Below, piece after piece: positions 46,386 through 56,484 of a stretch of DNA of 64,000 nucleotides. The stretch lies in contig NZ_SMNA01000002.1 in assembly GCF_004353825.1 (NCBI RefSeq), positions 186,001-250,000 of the forward strand, in the 5' to 3' direction. Origin of the DNA: Occultella glacieicola. Lineage in GTDB: Bacteria > Actinomycetota > Actinomycetes > Actinomycetales > Beutenbergiaceae. Under the pieces are notes generated by a model. The model made no database searches. It saw only the letters and a list, made by a program, of their open reading frames with translations, and was not told the origin of the DNA. Both the position numbers and the translations under genes were made by a program. How positions within the stretch are numbered: the first letter of the stretch is position 1; the number at the start of each line of letters is the position of its first letter.

Positions 46386-48064
46386 GGACCACCAGCACGA
46401 GTGACCTGTGGTGGAAGAGCGCGGTGATCTACTGCCTCGATGTGGAGACCTTCCTGGACACCGATGGTGATGGCATCGGGGACCTGAACGGGCTGGCCGA
46501 ACGGATCGACTACCTGGCCCAGCTCGGGATCAACTGCCTGTGGCTCATGCCCTTCTACCCGAGCCCGGACCGCGACGACGGCTACGACATCATGGACTTC
46601 TACGGTGTGGACGAGCGCCTCGGGGACCACGGCCAGCTGGTCGAGGTGATCCGGACGGCGCATGACCGCGGCATGCGGGTGATCGCCGACCTCATCATCA
46701 ACCACACCTCGGACCGGCATCCCTGGTTCCGGTCGGCCAGACGGAGCCGGAACAGCCGGTACCGGGACTTCTACGTCTGGCGGGACACCGAGCCTCCGGA
46801 CACCAGCGACCAGGTCGTGTTCCCGGACCGGGAGCAGTCCATCTGGGAGCACGAGGAGCGCACCGACTCGTGGTACCTCCACCACTTCTACCGGCACCAG
46901 CCGGATCTGAACGTGGCCAACCCGCTGGTGCGAGAGGAGATCCTGAGGGTCATCGGGTTCTGGCTGGAACTGGGCATCGACGGCTTCCGGGTCGACGCGG
47001 TCCCGTTCTTCATCAAGGACGCCGAGACGCTGAGCGAACACGCCACCGAACCGACGGTCCCGGATGATCCGCACCGGATCCTGCGCGACATCCGGGCCTT
47101 CCTGGCCCGGCGCAAGGGCTCGGCCATGATGCTCGGAGAGGTCAACGTCCCCCGCGAGGAGCAGCTGGACTACTTCGGCGGCGAGGACGGCGACGAACTG
47201 ACCATGATGTTCGACTTCATCGCCATGCAGGCCCTGTACCTGTCCCTCGCCCGCGGTGACGCGACGCCGCTGGCCACGGCGCTCGAGGAGCGGCCCACGA
47301 TCCACCCGACCTGCCAGTGGGCCAACTTCCTGCGCAACCACGACGAGCTCACCCTGGACAAACTGACCGTCGAGGAACGGCAGGAGGTCTTCACGGCATT
47401 CGGGCCCGAGCCGCAGATGCAACTCTACGGACGCGGACTCAAGCGCCGGCTGCCGCCGATGTTGGCCGGGGACCCCCGTCGGATCAGGATGGCCTACAGC
47501 CTGATGTTCTCCTTGCCCGGCACACCCACGATCTACTACGGCGAGGAGATCGGGATGGGCGAGGACCTCGCCGCTGAGGGGCGGATGGCGGTGCGTACCC
47601 CGATGCAGTGGTCCGACGGCCGCAGCGGTGGCTTCTCCACCGCGTCCGAGGGCCGCTTGATCCAGGGCCTCGTCGGCGACGGGTACAGTCCCCGGCACGT
47701 CAACGTCCGGGATCAGCGACACGACCCCGACTCCCTGTGGACGTTCATGCGCGAACTGATCGCGGTGCGACGTGCCTGCTTCGAACTGGGCTGGGGTGCG
47801 CTCTCGGTGCTCCGGACCGACGCCCCACAGGTGCTGGCGCACCGCTGCGACCTCGAGGGCTCCGCCGTGGTGGCCGTCCACAACGTCGGACCGGATCCTG
47901 TCACGGTGGACCTGCCCCTGGCCGGCGTGGACGAGCCCGACCAGATCGTCGACCTGCTCGCGCGCGACGGCATCTCACCGGCCCGCGGCAGGCTCGAGCT
48001 GGCGCTGGACGGCTACGACTTCCGGTGGTTCCGGATCGGCGGCGAGGGGCTGCTCGGGCCATGA
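46382..48064 (+). CDS. GH13 alpha-amylase family protein, trehalose-synthase-like
   Basis: WWKSAVIY, DDGYDI, NHTSD.HPWF, GFRVDAVPF, GEVN, FLRNHDELTL; ATGA overlap with LLM gene. Confidence 0.88.
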   Translation: MRTTSTSDLWWKSAVIYCLDVETFLDTDGDGIGDLNGLAERIDYLAQLGINCLWLMPFYPSPDRDDGYDIMDFYGVDERLGDHGQLVEVIRTAHDRGMRVIADLIINHTSDRHPWFRSARRSRNSRYRDFYVWRDTEPPDTSDQVVFPDREQSIWEHEERTDSWYLHHFYRHQPDLNVANPLVREEILRVIGFWLELGIDGFRVDAVPFFIKDAETLSEHATEPTVPDDPHRILRDIRAFLARRKGSAMMLGEVNVPREEQLDYFGGEDGDELTMMFDFIAMQALYLSLARGDATPLATALEERPTIHPTCQWANFLRNHDELTLDKLTVEERQEVFTAFGPEPQMQLYGRGLKRRLPPMLAGDPRRIRMAYSLMFSLPGTPTIYYGEEIGMGEDLAAEGRMAVRTPMQWSDGRSGGFSTASEGRLIQGLVGDGYSPRHVNVRDQRHDPDSLWTFMRELIAVRRACFELGWGALSVLRTDAPQVLAHRCDLEGSAVVAVHNVGPDPVTVDLPLAGVDEPDQIVDLLARDGISPARGRLELALDGYDFRWFRIGGEGLLGP

Positions 48065-48107
48065 CGGCAGAGGGCGGACGGCAGCGGGTCGCCGCCCGCC
48101 CGGTGGG

Positions 48108-48989
48108 TCACTTGATGGCACCCATGGACAACCCACGGACCAGTTGCTTCTGCGCCACCCAGCCGGCGATGATCACCGGCAGCGAGGCCAGCAGCGACGC
48201 CGCCGAGAGCCGGGCCAGGAACAGACCCTCGCTGGTCATCGTCGAGGTGATGAAGATCGGCACGGTGGCCGCCCGGGACGCGGTCAGGTTCAGCGCGAAG
48301 AAGAACTCGTTCCAGGCGAAGATGACGCAGATCAGGGCCGTCGCGGCCAGGCCCGGGGCCACCATCGGCATCAGCACCGAACGTAGGGTCCGCATCAGCC
48401 CGGCACCGTCCATCGACGCCGCCTCGAGGACCTCACCGGGGATCTCCTGGAAGAACGAACGCATCATCCAGACCGCGATCGGCAGGTTCATCGCCGTGTA
48501 CAGGACCACGAGCGTCCAGATGTTGTCCAGGACGTGCAGCCGACCGGCGATCACGTAGATCGGCATGATCACGGCCACGACCGGCAGCATCTTCGTGGAC
48601 ATGAAGAAGAACAGCACGTCCGAGGTCTTCCGCACCGGCCGGATCGCGAGCGCGTAGGAGGCCGGGACCGCGAGCAGGATCACGAGCAGCGTCGAGACGC
48701 CGGTGGCGATCACCGAGTTGCCCAGGAAGGTGCCCGAGTCCGCGACGACCGCCCGGATCTGGTCGAGGGTCGGTGCGAAGAACCAGGTGGGCGGGTCGGA
48801 CGCGGCCTGGTTCTCGTTCTTGAACGCCGTCATGGCCATCCAGGCCACCGGGAAGAAGAACCCGATGGCGACGACCCAGGTCAGGGCGGTGAGCAGTCCG
48901 CCGCCGACACCGGTGCCCTTGTCCTTGCGGGGCGTGGCGGGCCTTCCGACGGCGGTGGCGGGGTTCGCGCTGTGCGCTGCGGTAGTCAT
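48108..48989 (-). CDS. Polyol ABC permease (SmoG-like)
   Basis: STKMLP, EVLEAASMDGA, FAWNE, QKQLVRGLSMGA. Confidence 0.9.
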   Translation of the reverse strand: MTTAAHSANPATAVGRPATPRKDKGTGVGGGLLTALTWVVAIGFFFPVAWMAMTAFKNENQAASDPPTWFFAPTLDQIRAVVADSGTFLGNSVIATGVSTLLVILLAVPASYALAIRPVRKTSDVLFFFMSTKMLPVVAVIMPIYVIAGRLHVLDNIWTLVVLYTAMNLPIAVWMMRSFFQEIPGEVLEAASMDGAGLMRTLRSVLMPMVAPGLAATALICVIFAWNEFFFALNLTASRAATVPIFITSTMTSEGLFLARLSAASLLASLPVIIAGWVAQKQLVRGLSMGAIK

Positions 48990-48991
48990 CG

Positions 48992-49930
48992 TCAGTCCTT
49001 CTGCTCGAAGCTGCGGAAGATCAGGCGGAGGGCGAACGTGGCGACGATGATCGTCGCGATCACGACGACGACCCCCATCGCGGCGGCCTGCCCGATGTCG
49101 AAGCCCAGGAACGCCCGCTGGTAGATGTAGAACGGCAGGTTCGCGCTGGCGGTCCCAGGCCCACCGGCGGTCATCAGGTAGATCTGGTCGAACGTGTTGA
49201 CCACGTAGATCGCCCCGAGCAGCACACCCAGCTCGATGTAGCGGCGCAGTTGCGGGAGCGTGATCGAGACGAACGTGCGGCCCCAGCCCGCGCCGTCGAC
49301 CTGCGCGGCCTCCAGCACGTCCTTCGGCTGGGCCTGCAACCCGGCCAGCACCAGCAGCATCATGAACGGCGTCCACTGCCACACCAGCGCGATCACGATC
49401 GAGAGCACCGGGTAGGTGGACGTCCAGTCCACCGGGTCGATGCCGACCAGCCCGATCGCCCAGTTCACCAAGCCGTAGGTGGGATTGAGCATCGACACCG
49501 CCCAGATCATCGACCCGGCCACGGGCATGATCAGGAACGGGGTGATCAACAACGTCCGGGCCACGCCACGGCCGCGGAACGGGCGGTCCAGGAGCAGCGC
49601 GAGACCGATCCCGATCAGCATCGCGACGAGCACACAGGACAGCGTGATCAGCACGCTGTTCAGGGCAGCGCCGCGGAAGACCGAGTCGGCGAAGATGTCG
49701 ACGTAGTTCTGGAGGCCGACGAACCGGTCACCATCCGGCCGGAGCAGGTTCCACGACCGCATCGAGTACCAGATCGTGACCAGGAACGGCACCTGGGTGA
49801 CGATGACCATGAAGATCAAGGCGGGCAGCAGCGGCGCCCGGCGACGCCAGGCCTCCGCGCGCACTGCGGCCACGTCGGGTTCGGATCGCCGTCCCTGCGC
49901 GGCGTTGTGTCGCTCGACGAGCGTGGTCAC
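48992..49930 (-). CDS. Polyol ABC permease (SmoF-like)
   Basis: TQVPF, WQWTPFMML, EAAQVDGA, GGPG. Confidence 0.9.
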   Translation of the reverse strand: MTTLVERHNAAQGRRSEPDVAAVRAEAWRRRAPLLPALIFMVIVTQVPFLVTIWYSMRSWNLLRPDGDRFVGLQNYVDIFADSVFRGAALNSVLITLSCVLVAMLIGIGLALLLDRPFRGRGVARTLLITPFLIMPVAGSMIWAVSMLNPTYGLVNWAIGLVGIDPVDWTSTYPVLSIVIALVWQWTPFMMLLVLAGLQAQPKDVLEAAQVDGAGWGRTFVSITLPQLRRYIELGVLLGAIYVVNTFDQIYLMTAGGPGTASANLPFYIYQRAFLGFDIGQAAAMGVVVVIATIIVATFALRLIFRSFEQKD

Positions 49931-51384
49931 GAGTCTCTCCCGTTCTCTACACCGGTGGCCGCCGCACCGTCCTGATAGGACTCGGAGACCGTCCGGGCGT
50001 AGCGCTGCGACTGCTCGAGCGCCTCCGCCACCGTGATCTGGCCCGCGATCGCGGCGGAGATCTGCTGTCCGACCCGGGTGCCGAGGTCCTGGAACTCGGG
50101 GATGCCGACGAACTGGATGCCGGGGTAGGGCACCGGCGCCACCATGGTCAGGTCCTGGGTGGCCTCGTCCATGGCCGTGAGCGTCGGCTCCGCATACGCC
50201 TGGGCGACCTCGGCGTACTCGGGGATGTCGTAGGTGGACAGCCTGCTGCCCGGAGGCACCCGTTCCCACCCGAGCTCGGTGCCCACCAGTTCCAGGTAGT
50301 CCGGGCTGGTCATCCAGGACACGAAGTCCCAGGCGGCGTCCTTGTGCTCGCTCGTCGACGGGATCGCCAGTGACCAGGAGTACAGCCAGCCGGCCGCCTC
50401 GGTCTCCTCGACCGGGGCCGGAACGTAGCCGACGTCGCCGGCCACCGTCGAGGATGCCGGGTCCTCGATGCTGGAGACCATCGACGTCGCGTCGTACCAC
50501 ATCGCGGCGTTCCCCTGCGCGAACCGGGTCAGACAGTCCCCGAACCCGGAGGTCGCGGCACCGGGCTGACCGTGGGTCTGGACCAGCTCCACATAGTCGG
50601 TCACGGCGGCCTCCACCTCGGGCGAGTCCAGGCGGGCGTTCCAGTCCTCGTCGAACCACTGGCCGCCGTAGGTGTTCATGACCGTGCTGAGCGGAGCCAT
50701 CACCTCACCCCACCCGGCCAGACCTCGTAGGCAGATCCCGGAGAAGTCCTGGCCGGGGTCGTCGAGCTCGGCGGCGATCTCCTGCACGTCGGCCCAAGTG
50801 GGCCGCTCTGGCATCTCGACGTCATTCTCGGCGAACACGTCCTCGCGGTACGCCAGGAAGGAGGACTCACCGTAGAACGGCACCGAGTACAGGTCGCCCT
50901 CGTAGGAGAGCGCTTCGGCCACGCTCGGGACGAAGTCATCGGGGTCGTACCCCTCGGTCTCGTCGGCATACGGCTGGAGGTTCTCGATCCACCCGTTCGC
51001 TGCCCACATCGGCGTCTCATAGTTCGAGATCATCACCACGTCGAACTCACCGCCGCCGGTCGCCACGGAGGCGGTGATCTTCGCGCGGGCCTCGTTCTCC
51101 GGCAGGCTCACGAACCGCACATCCACGTCCGGGTACTGCTCGCGGAACTCCTCCTGCAGGGAGATCGCATCCTGCATCTGCGGGTTGGAGACGATGGCCA
51201 CCACGATCTGCTCGGTGTCCCCACCACCGCCGACCGCGCCGGCACCGGCGCACCCGGCGGCGAGACTGAGCGAGGCGGCCGCCCCGAGCGCGACGCCCAG
51301 CGCCGGCCCGGGTCGGGATCGGGATCTACGCCCCGGCGGCTGGGCCCCGGTGCGCAACCGTGGCCGGAGTGGCGTTCTGAACAT
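49927..51384 (-). CDS. Sorbitol/mannitol ABC substrate-binding lipoprotein (SmoE-like)
   Basis: LAAGC lipobox; VSNPQM, LPENEAR, PFYGESS, GICLRGLAGWGE, QFVGIPEFQ. Confidence 0.88.
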   Translation of the reverse strand: MFRTPLRPRLRTGAQPPGRRSRSRPGPALGVALGAAASLSLAAGCAGAGAVGGGGDTEQIVVAIVSNPQMQDAISLQEEFREQYPDVDVRFVSLPENEARAKITASVATGGGEFDVVMISNYETPMWAANGWIENLQPYADETEGYDPDDFVPSVAEALSYEGDLYSVPFYGESSFLAYREDVFAENDVEMPERPTWADVQEIAAELDDPGQDFSGICLRGLAGWGEVMAPLSTVMNTYGGQWFDEDWNARLDSPEVEAAVTDYVELVQTHGQPGAATSGFGDCLTRFAQGNAAMWYDATSMVSSIEDPASSTVAGDVGYVPAPVEETEAAGWLYSWSLAIPSTSEHKDAAWDFVSWMTSPDYLELVGTELGWERVPPGSRLSTYDIPEYAEVAQAYAEPTLTAMDEATQDLTMVAPVPYPGIQFVGIPEFQDLGTRVGQQISAAIAGQITVAEALEQSQRYARTVSESYQDGAAATGVENGRDS

Positions 51385-51460
51385 CGTCGTCCTCACGTCG
51401 GCGTGACCCGGTGGTCACGCGTTGGGCGGAACTTCCAAGGGGCGATGACCGCTGCAGCGC

Positions 51461-51567
51461 CCTCACCTGCCGCTCACGTGTCGCTCACATGAGAGGCGGC
51501 GCTGCGCTCATCTGCGACCACCGTAGTCCGATACACTCAGATGAGCAACCGTCGCATGCTCATCTGA
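51461..51567. promoter_or_regulatory. Array of six CTCAnnTG boxes (candidate SorC-family operators)
   Basis: Boxes at 51461, 51472, 51483, 51506, 51535 and 51558. Confidence 0.6.
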
Positions 51568-51586
51568 CGGCAATCGAGGAGGATCC

Positions 51587-52546
51587 GTGCCCGACGTCGA
51601 CGACCCGGAACTGCTGCGTGAGGTCAGCGTGGACTTCTACCTGGACGGGCTGTCCAAGGTGGAGATCGCGAAGGAACGGGGCCTGTCCCGGTTCCAGGTG
51701 GCGCGGATGCTGAACTCCGCCCGTGAGCTCGGCATCGTCCGGATCGAGATCTCGACGCCGGCACATCTGGACGCCTCCTCCGGTCGCACCCTGGCGCAGG
51801 CCCTCGGGGTGCGCGAGGTCGTCATCAGCTCGGGCACTTCGAGCAACCCCAGCCGGGCGACGCTCGCCCGCCACGTGGCCCGCGCGCTCGTGGACCGCGC
51901 CAGGCCGCAGATGACGATCGGCGTCTCCTGGTCCCGGACCATCGAACTGGCGGCGAAGCACATCGAGAACCTGCCGCCCTGTGAGGTCGTGCAGCTCGTG
52001 GGGGCCCAGCCGGTCGAGGGGAGCGGGAACTCCCTCGAGATGATCCAGCAGTTCAAGGCCCTCCCTGGGGTGCGCACGTTCCCGATCTGGGCGCCGCTGG
52101 TGGTCCAGGACGCGGCCACGGCGGCGGGGCTGCGCGCACAGCCGCAGATCGCGCGCGCCCTGGAGCGCGCCGAGCACCTGGACATCGCCGTGGTCGCGGT
52201 CGGGGGGTGGTCGACGGAGTCTTCGACGGTCTACTCGAACGTGAGCCCCGACGACATCGCCGAAGCCGTCGCCGCGGGCGCCGTGGGCGAGTGCGCGGGA
52301 CACCTGATCGACGCCGAGGGCCGCCTGGTGCCGACCGCTCTGGAGACGCGGATCGTCGGCGTCGGCCTCGACCAGCTGCGGCGGACCCCCGAGGTCATCG
52401 TGTGCGCCCACGGTGCGTCCGCGGCGCCGGCCGTGCGCGCAGCCGTACGCGGGGGGATCGGATCGACGGTGGTGCTCGACCCGGCGGCGGCGGGCGCCCT
52501 GACCGACCTCCTTCGGGCCGAGTCGGCGGGCACGCCGGTCGACTAG
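51587..52546 (+). CDS. SorC/DeoR-family sugar-binding transcriptional regulator
   Basis: FYLDGLSKVEIAKERGLSRFQVARML..ARELGIVRIEI; IGVSWSRT; GAVGE; GAGGAGG RBS. Confidence 0.9.
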   Translation: MPDVDDPELLREVSVDFYLDGLSKVEIAKERGLSRFQVARMLNSARELGIVRIEISTPAHLDASSGRTLAQALGVREVVISSGTSSNPSRATLARHVARALVDRARPQMTIGVSWSRTIELAAKHIENLPPCEVVQLVGAQPVEGSGNSLEMIQQFKALPGVRTFPIWAPLVVQDAATAAGLRAQPQIARALERAEHLDIAVVAVGGWSTESSTVYSNVSPDDIAEAVAAGAVGECAGHLIDAEGRLVPTALETRIVGVGLDQLRRTPEVIVCAHGASAAPAVRAAVRGGIGSTVVLDPAAAGALTDLLRAESAGTPVD

Positions 52547-52573
52547 CGGGCCGGCCGAGCGACTCCACGACGC

Positions 52574-54058
52574 TCACTCCATCGACGCGTCATCCAGGTT
52601 CTCCAGGGTCACCCGGGCCCCGTCTCGGTGCAGCGACGCCAGTGCCGAGCGGTAGGGACCGACGAACCGGTCGTCGTCGACGATATCGCCGAACAGGTCC
52701 CGGTCCCGGACGAACGCGAGGTCGTCCTGACCCTGCGTCCGCGCGACCGCGGTGAGCTGCTCGGCGAGCCGGTCCACAACCTCGATCGGCTCCCCCGCCT
52801 CGTCGACTCCTTCGGCGTACCGCGCCCAGCTGGCCACGATCGCCGCCGAGAGCCTGACCTGACCTCCGGCGGCGAGGTTCTCCCGGATCACCGGCACGAG
52901 CCATTTCGGGATGCGGTCGGAGGACTCGGCACACAGCCGCGCCAGGGTGTCGCGCACGTGCGGGTTGGAGAACCGCTCGATCAGGGTGTGCTTGTAGGCG
53001 GTCAGGTCCACGCCCGGAACCGGTCGCAACGTCGGCGTGCCCTCCTGGTCCATATAGGCGAGCAGGAAACGCGCGAACAGCGGGTCCTGGCAGGCGTCGT
53101 GGACGAGCCGGTACCCGGCCAGGTACCCGAAGTAGGCGACCGCCTGGTGGCTGGCATTGAGCAGCCGGAGCTTCATCAGCTCGTACGGCATCACGTCCTC
53201 GACAACCTGGACGCCGACGTCCTCGTACGGTGGGCGGCCGTCGGCGAACCGGTCCTCGAGTACCCACTGGGCGAACGGCTCGCACACCACCGGCCAGGCG
53301 TCGGAGATGCCGAACCTCTCGGCGACCATGGCACGGTCGTCGTCGGTGGTCACCGGGGTGATCCGGTCGACCATGGAGTTCGGGAACGGGACCGATCCCT
53401 CGATCCAGGCGGCCAGCTCGGGGTCCTTGGCGCGCGCGAACGCGGCGAACATCTTGTGCGCGACCTCGCCGTTGCCCTGGATGTTGTCGCAGCTCATCAC
53501 GGTGAACGGGGTCACGCCGCGGTCCCGGCGCCGGCGCAGCGCCTCGGTCACATACGCGAAGGACGTGGTGGGCACGGCACCGTCGGTCAGGTCCGCCCGC
53601 ACCTGGGGGTTGCCGAGGTCGAACTCGCCCGTCACCGGGTTGACGTTGTAACCGCCCTCGGTGACCGTGAGCGAGACGATCCGCACCTGTGGGTCCGCCA
53701 TCTTCTCGATGGCCGCCTCCGGATCGTCGGGCCCGTAGAGATACTCCACGATCGAGCCGACCACCGTCGGCTCGTAGGTGCCGTCCGGATGCTTGAGCAC
53801 CAACGTGTAGAGCCCGTCCTGGGCGTTCAGCGCGTCCCGCATCCGGACGTCACCCGGCAGCAGACCGAGCCCGCAGATCGCCCAGTCCAGCGCCTTCCCC
53901 TCGCGCATCAGCCGGTCGAGGTACATGGCCTGGTGGGCCCGGTGGAAGCCACCGACGCCGATGTGTACGATCCCGGCCCGCAGCGCGGACCGGTCGTAGG
54001 GGGGAGTCGCCACGTCCGAGCCGAGGCCCCGGACGGTCTCATCGCTGAGAAGTGTCAT
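52574..54058 (-). CDS. Mannitol 2-dehydrogenase family protein
   Basis: IVHIGVGGFHRAHQA, TVTEGGY, SCDN, FPNSMVDRITP, KLRLLNASH, RFSNP. Confidence 0.93.
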   Translation of the reverse strand: MTLLSDETVRGLGSDVATPPYDRSALRAGIVHIGVGGFHRAHQAMYLDRLMREGKALDWAICGLGLLPGDVRMRDALNAQDGLYTLVLKHPDGTYEPTVVGSIVEYLYGPDDPEAAIEKMADPQVRIVSLTVTEGGYNVNPVTGEFDLGNPQVRADLTDGAVPTTSFAYVTEALRRRRDRGVTPFTVMSCDNIQGNGEVAHKMFAAFARAKDPELAAWIEGSVPFPNSMVDRITPVTTDDDRAMVAERFGISDAWPVVCEPFAQWVLEDRFADGRPPYEDVGVQVVEDVMPYELMKLRLLNASHQAVAYFGYLAGYRLVHDACQDPLFARFLLAYMDQEGTPTLRPVPGVDLTAYKHTLIERFSNPHVRDTLARLCAESSDRIPKWLVPVIRENLAAGGQVRLSAAIVASWARYAEGVDEAGEPIEVVDRLAEQLTAVARTQGQDDLAFVRDRDLFGDIVDDDRFVGPYRSALASLHRDGARVTLENLDDASME

Positions 54059-54092
54059 CGCTGCATCCTTCGTCGACGTCGTTGGGAGCGAC

Positions 54093-54129
54093 GATATCAG
54101 GTGAGCACCGTCCGAGATATCAGATGAGC
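54093..54129. promoter_or_regulatory. Direct-repeat operator upstream of mannitol dehydrogenase
   Basis: GATATCAGGTGAGC (54093) and GATATCAGATGAGC (54116); same core as the 51461-51567 boxes. Confidence 0.65.
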
Positions 54130-54137
54130 GACGGCGC

Positions 54138-54794
54138 TCAGGATCGAGCGAGCGCGTCCGCGATGTGCGCGGCGAGCGCCCGGAAGGCCCGGCCCCGGTG
54201 CGAGATCGCGTTCTTCTCGTCCGCGGTGAGTTCGGCGCACGAGCGGGTCTCGCCGTCGGGGCGCAGGATCGGGTCGTAGCCGAACCCACCCTCGCCGCGG
54301 GGGGTGGTGAGCAGGGTGCCGCGCAGTTCCCCGAGTTCGACGTGCTCGTGCCCGTCCGGCGTGACCAGGGCCGCGGCGCAGACGAACCCGGCGGCCCGGT
54401 GCGGCTCCGGGACGTCCGCGAGCTGGGCCAGGAGCAGGTCCAGATTCGCTTGGTCGTCGCCGTGGCGTCCGGCCCAGCGTGCCGAGAAGATCCCAGGTGC
54501 CCCGCCCAGCACGTCGACGGCGAGCCCGGAGTCGTCGGCGACGGCCACCAGGTGAGTGTGCGCGGCCAGGGCGCGCGCCTTGATCAGCGCGTTCTCGGCG
54601 AACGTCACGCCGTTCTCGACGGGCTCGGCGGCACCGGCCTGCGCGGCACCGATGATCTGTTCGGGCTCGAGTGGCGTGAGCCCGGCGAGGATCGCGCGGA
54701 GCTCGCCCAGCTTGTGGGCGTTGTGGGTGGCCAGCACCAGCCGGGGCGCACCCGTCTGCGGGCCGGACGCGCCGCCGTCGGGCATGGTGTTCAT
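54138..54794 (-). CDS. rdgB: Non-canonical purine NTP pyrophosphatase (HAM1 family)
   Basis: [39 protein letters not shown]. Confidence 0.95.
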   Translation of the reverse strand: MNTMPDGGASGPQTGAPRLVLATHNAHKLGELRAILAGLTPLEPEQIIGAAQAGAAEPVENGVTFAENALIKARALAAHTHLVAVADDSGLAVDVLGGAPGIFSARWAGRHGDDQANLDLLLAQLADVPEPHRAAGFVCAAALVTPDGHEHVELGELRGTLLTTPRGEGGFGYDPILRPDGETRSCAELTADEKNAISHRGRAFRALAAHIADALARS

Positions 54795-55573
54795 CGGGCG
54801 GACGCGTCCAGCGGACCCGGCGCCGGGCGGCGCCCGAGCGGCGCCGCGAGCGCCTCGGCCTGCAGTTCGGTCAGCCGGGCCGTGCCGGCCACGGCGAGGT
54901 CCAGCAGCGCGTCGAGCTCGGCCCGGTGGAACGGGACGCCCTCGGCGGTGCCCTGCACCTCGACGAACGAACCGGAGCCGGTGACCACGACGTTCATGTC
55001 GGTCTCGGCGCGGACGTCCTCGGTGTAGGGCAGGTCGAGCATCGGGGTCGCGTCGATGATGCCGACGCTGACGGCGGCCACGGAGTCGGTCAGCACGGTC
55101 GCCTTCTTCGCGACCGCGCCGCTCTCGCGGCCCCAGGTGATCGCGTCGGCGAGGGCCACGTAGGCGCCGGTGATCGCGGCGGTGCGGGTGCCGCCGTCGG
55201 CCTGGAGCACGTCGCAGTCGAGCACGATCGTGTTCTCACCGAGCGCGGACACGTCGATGATCGCACGCAGCGAGCGGCCGATCAGCCGGGAGATCTCGTG
55301 GGTCCGGCCGCCGATGCGGCCCTTGACCGACTCCCGGTCGGAGCGGGAGTTGGTGGACCGCGGCAGCATTGCGTACTCGGCGGTGACCCAGCCCTGGCCG
55401 GACCCCTTGCGCCAGCGCGGCACCCCCTCGGTGAACGAGGCAGTGCACAGCACCCGAGTGCCGCCGAACTCCACCAGCACCGAGCCCTCGGCCTGGTCGG
55501 ACCAGCCCCGGTGGAAGCGCACGGGGCGCAGTTCGTCGGGTCGGCGGCCGTCGGCGCGGGTCACATCAGTCAT
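54791..55573 (-). CDS. rph: Ribonuclease PH
   Basis: [50 protein letters not shown]. Confidence 0.95.
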   Translation of the reverse strand: MTDVTRADGRRPDELRPVRFHRGWSDQAEGSVLVEFGGTRVLCTASFTEGVPRWRKGSGQGWVTAEYAMLPRSTNSRSDRESVKGRIGGRTHEISRLIGRSLRAIIDVSALGENTIVLDCDVLQADGGTRTAAITGAYVALADAITWGRESGAVAKKATVLTDSVAAVSVGIIDATPMLDLPYTEDVRAETDMNVVVTGSGSFVEVQGTAEGVPFHRAELDALLDLAVAGTARLTELQAEALAAPLGRRPAPGPLDASAR

Positions 55574-55674
55574 GGGCACGAGCCTAAGGCCGGCTGCCCT
55601 TGATCCGTTCCACGTGGCCCCAGGACCGCAGGTTCGCGGCGACGATGTGTCGACCCGTCGAAAGGAAGGCAGGC

Positions 55675-56087
55675 TCAGCCCGCCGGACTGAGGCTCCGGT
55701 TCGGGTTCGCGTCCGGATCCGCGGTGTCGTCGGGAGTGAGAGGGGCGAGGACGCGAGCCGATGCAGCGTCGTCCGCGAGCCTTGGCCTGACCTCGCGGAG
55801 GTCCACCGCGACGGACTCCCACAGGACGTTCTCGTCGATGTCCAGGTCGTTGTGGGCGAGACGGTTGCGCATACCTCGGAGAGCACGAGAACCATCACCG
55901 CCGAAGTAGCGCTCCCGGAGCTCGGCGGGAAGTCCCTGCGCGGCCTGGAACACGCGCTCGACGATCCGCTCGGCCGCGTGCCTCAGCGGCCAGTCGGCGC
56001 GGAGCCCGCCTGGTCCTTGGCGAGCCCAGCAGCGACGTCAACCTCGGCGTCCAGTGCGAGGACGGCCTCGGCCTCCTCGGGTGTCAC
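55675..56087 (-). pseudogene. HepT-like (DUF86/HEPN) RNase toxin, frameshifted
   Basis: VTPEEAEAVLALDAEVDVAAGLAKDQAG /frameshift about 56004/ LRADWPLRHAAERIVERVFQA...[12 protein letters not shown]4H HEPN motif. Confidence 0.75.
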
Positions 56088-56398
56088 AGCGGAACGGTGT
56101 CACGCAGGATCGTGTACCCGACGCCGGTACGCCGCGCACGATCGATCACGCGCTCCTGGTCGACGACGTCGACGGTCAGGCCGGTGAGCTCCTGAACTCG
56201 TCGGTGATCCGGACCAGGTCGCGGCGGGCATCCGGTCGGAACGCGACGATGAGGTCAAGGTCGGAGCGTCCACCATCCTGGCCCGCGGGCGACGGATCCG
56301 AACAGGCCGGCGTCACTGACTCCGTGGGCGGCAGGCACGGCGCGAATCTGTTCGCGATAGCGAGCGAGAACGTCACCCGGCGTGAGCACGTCGCTCAT
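56084..56398 (-). pseudogene. MntA-like minimal nucleotidyltransferase antitoxin, two frameshifts
   Basis: MSDVLTPGDVLARYREQIRAV.AAHGVSDAGLFGSVARG /about 56282/ QDGGRSDLDLIVAF...DEF /about 56193/ ELTGLTVDVVD...ILRDTVPL*; GTGA overlap with toxin. Confidence 0.78.
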
Positions 56399-56484
56399 GG
56401 ACGGTCCGTTCTAGTTCCTCGTTCAGGATACCGGGAGGCGTACGCGCTGGAATGGCGCGGCGCCGGGGCGGGTTGCCTTGGGTG

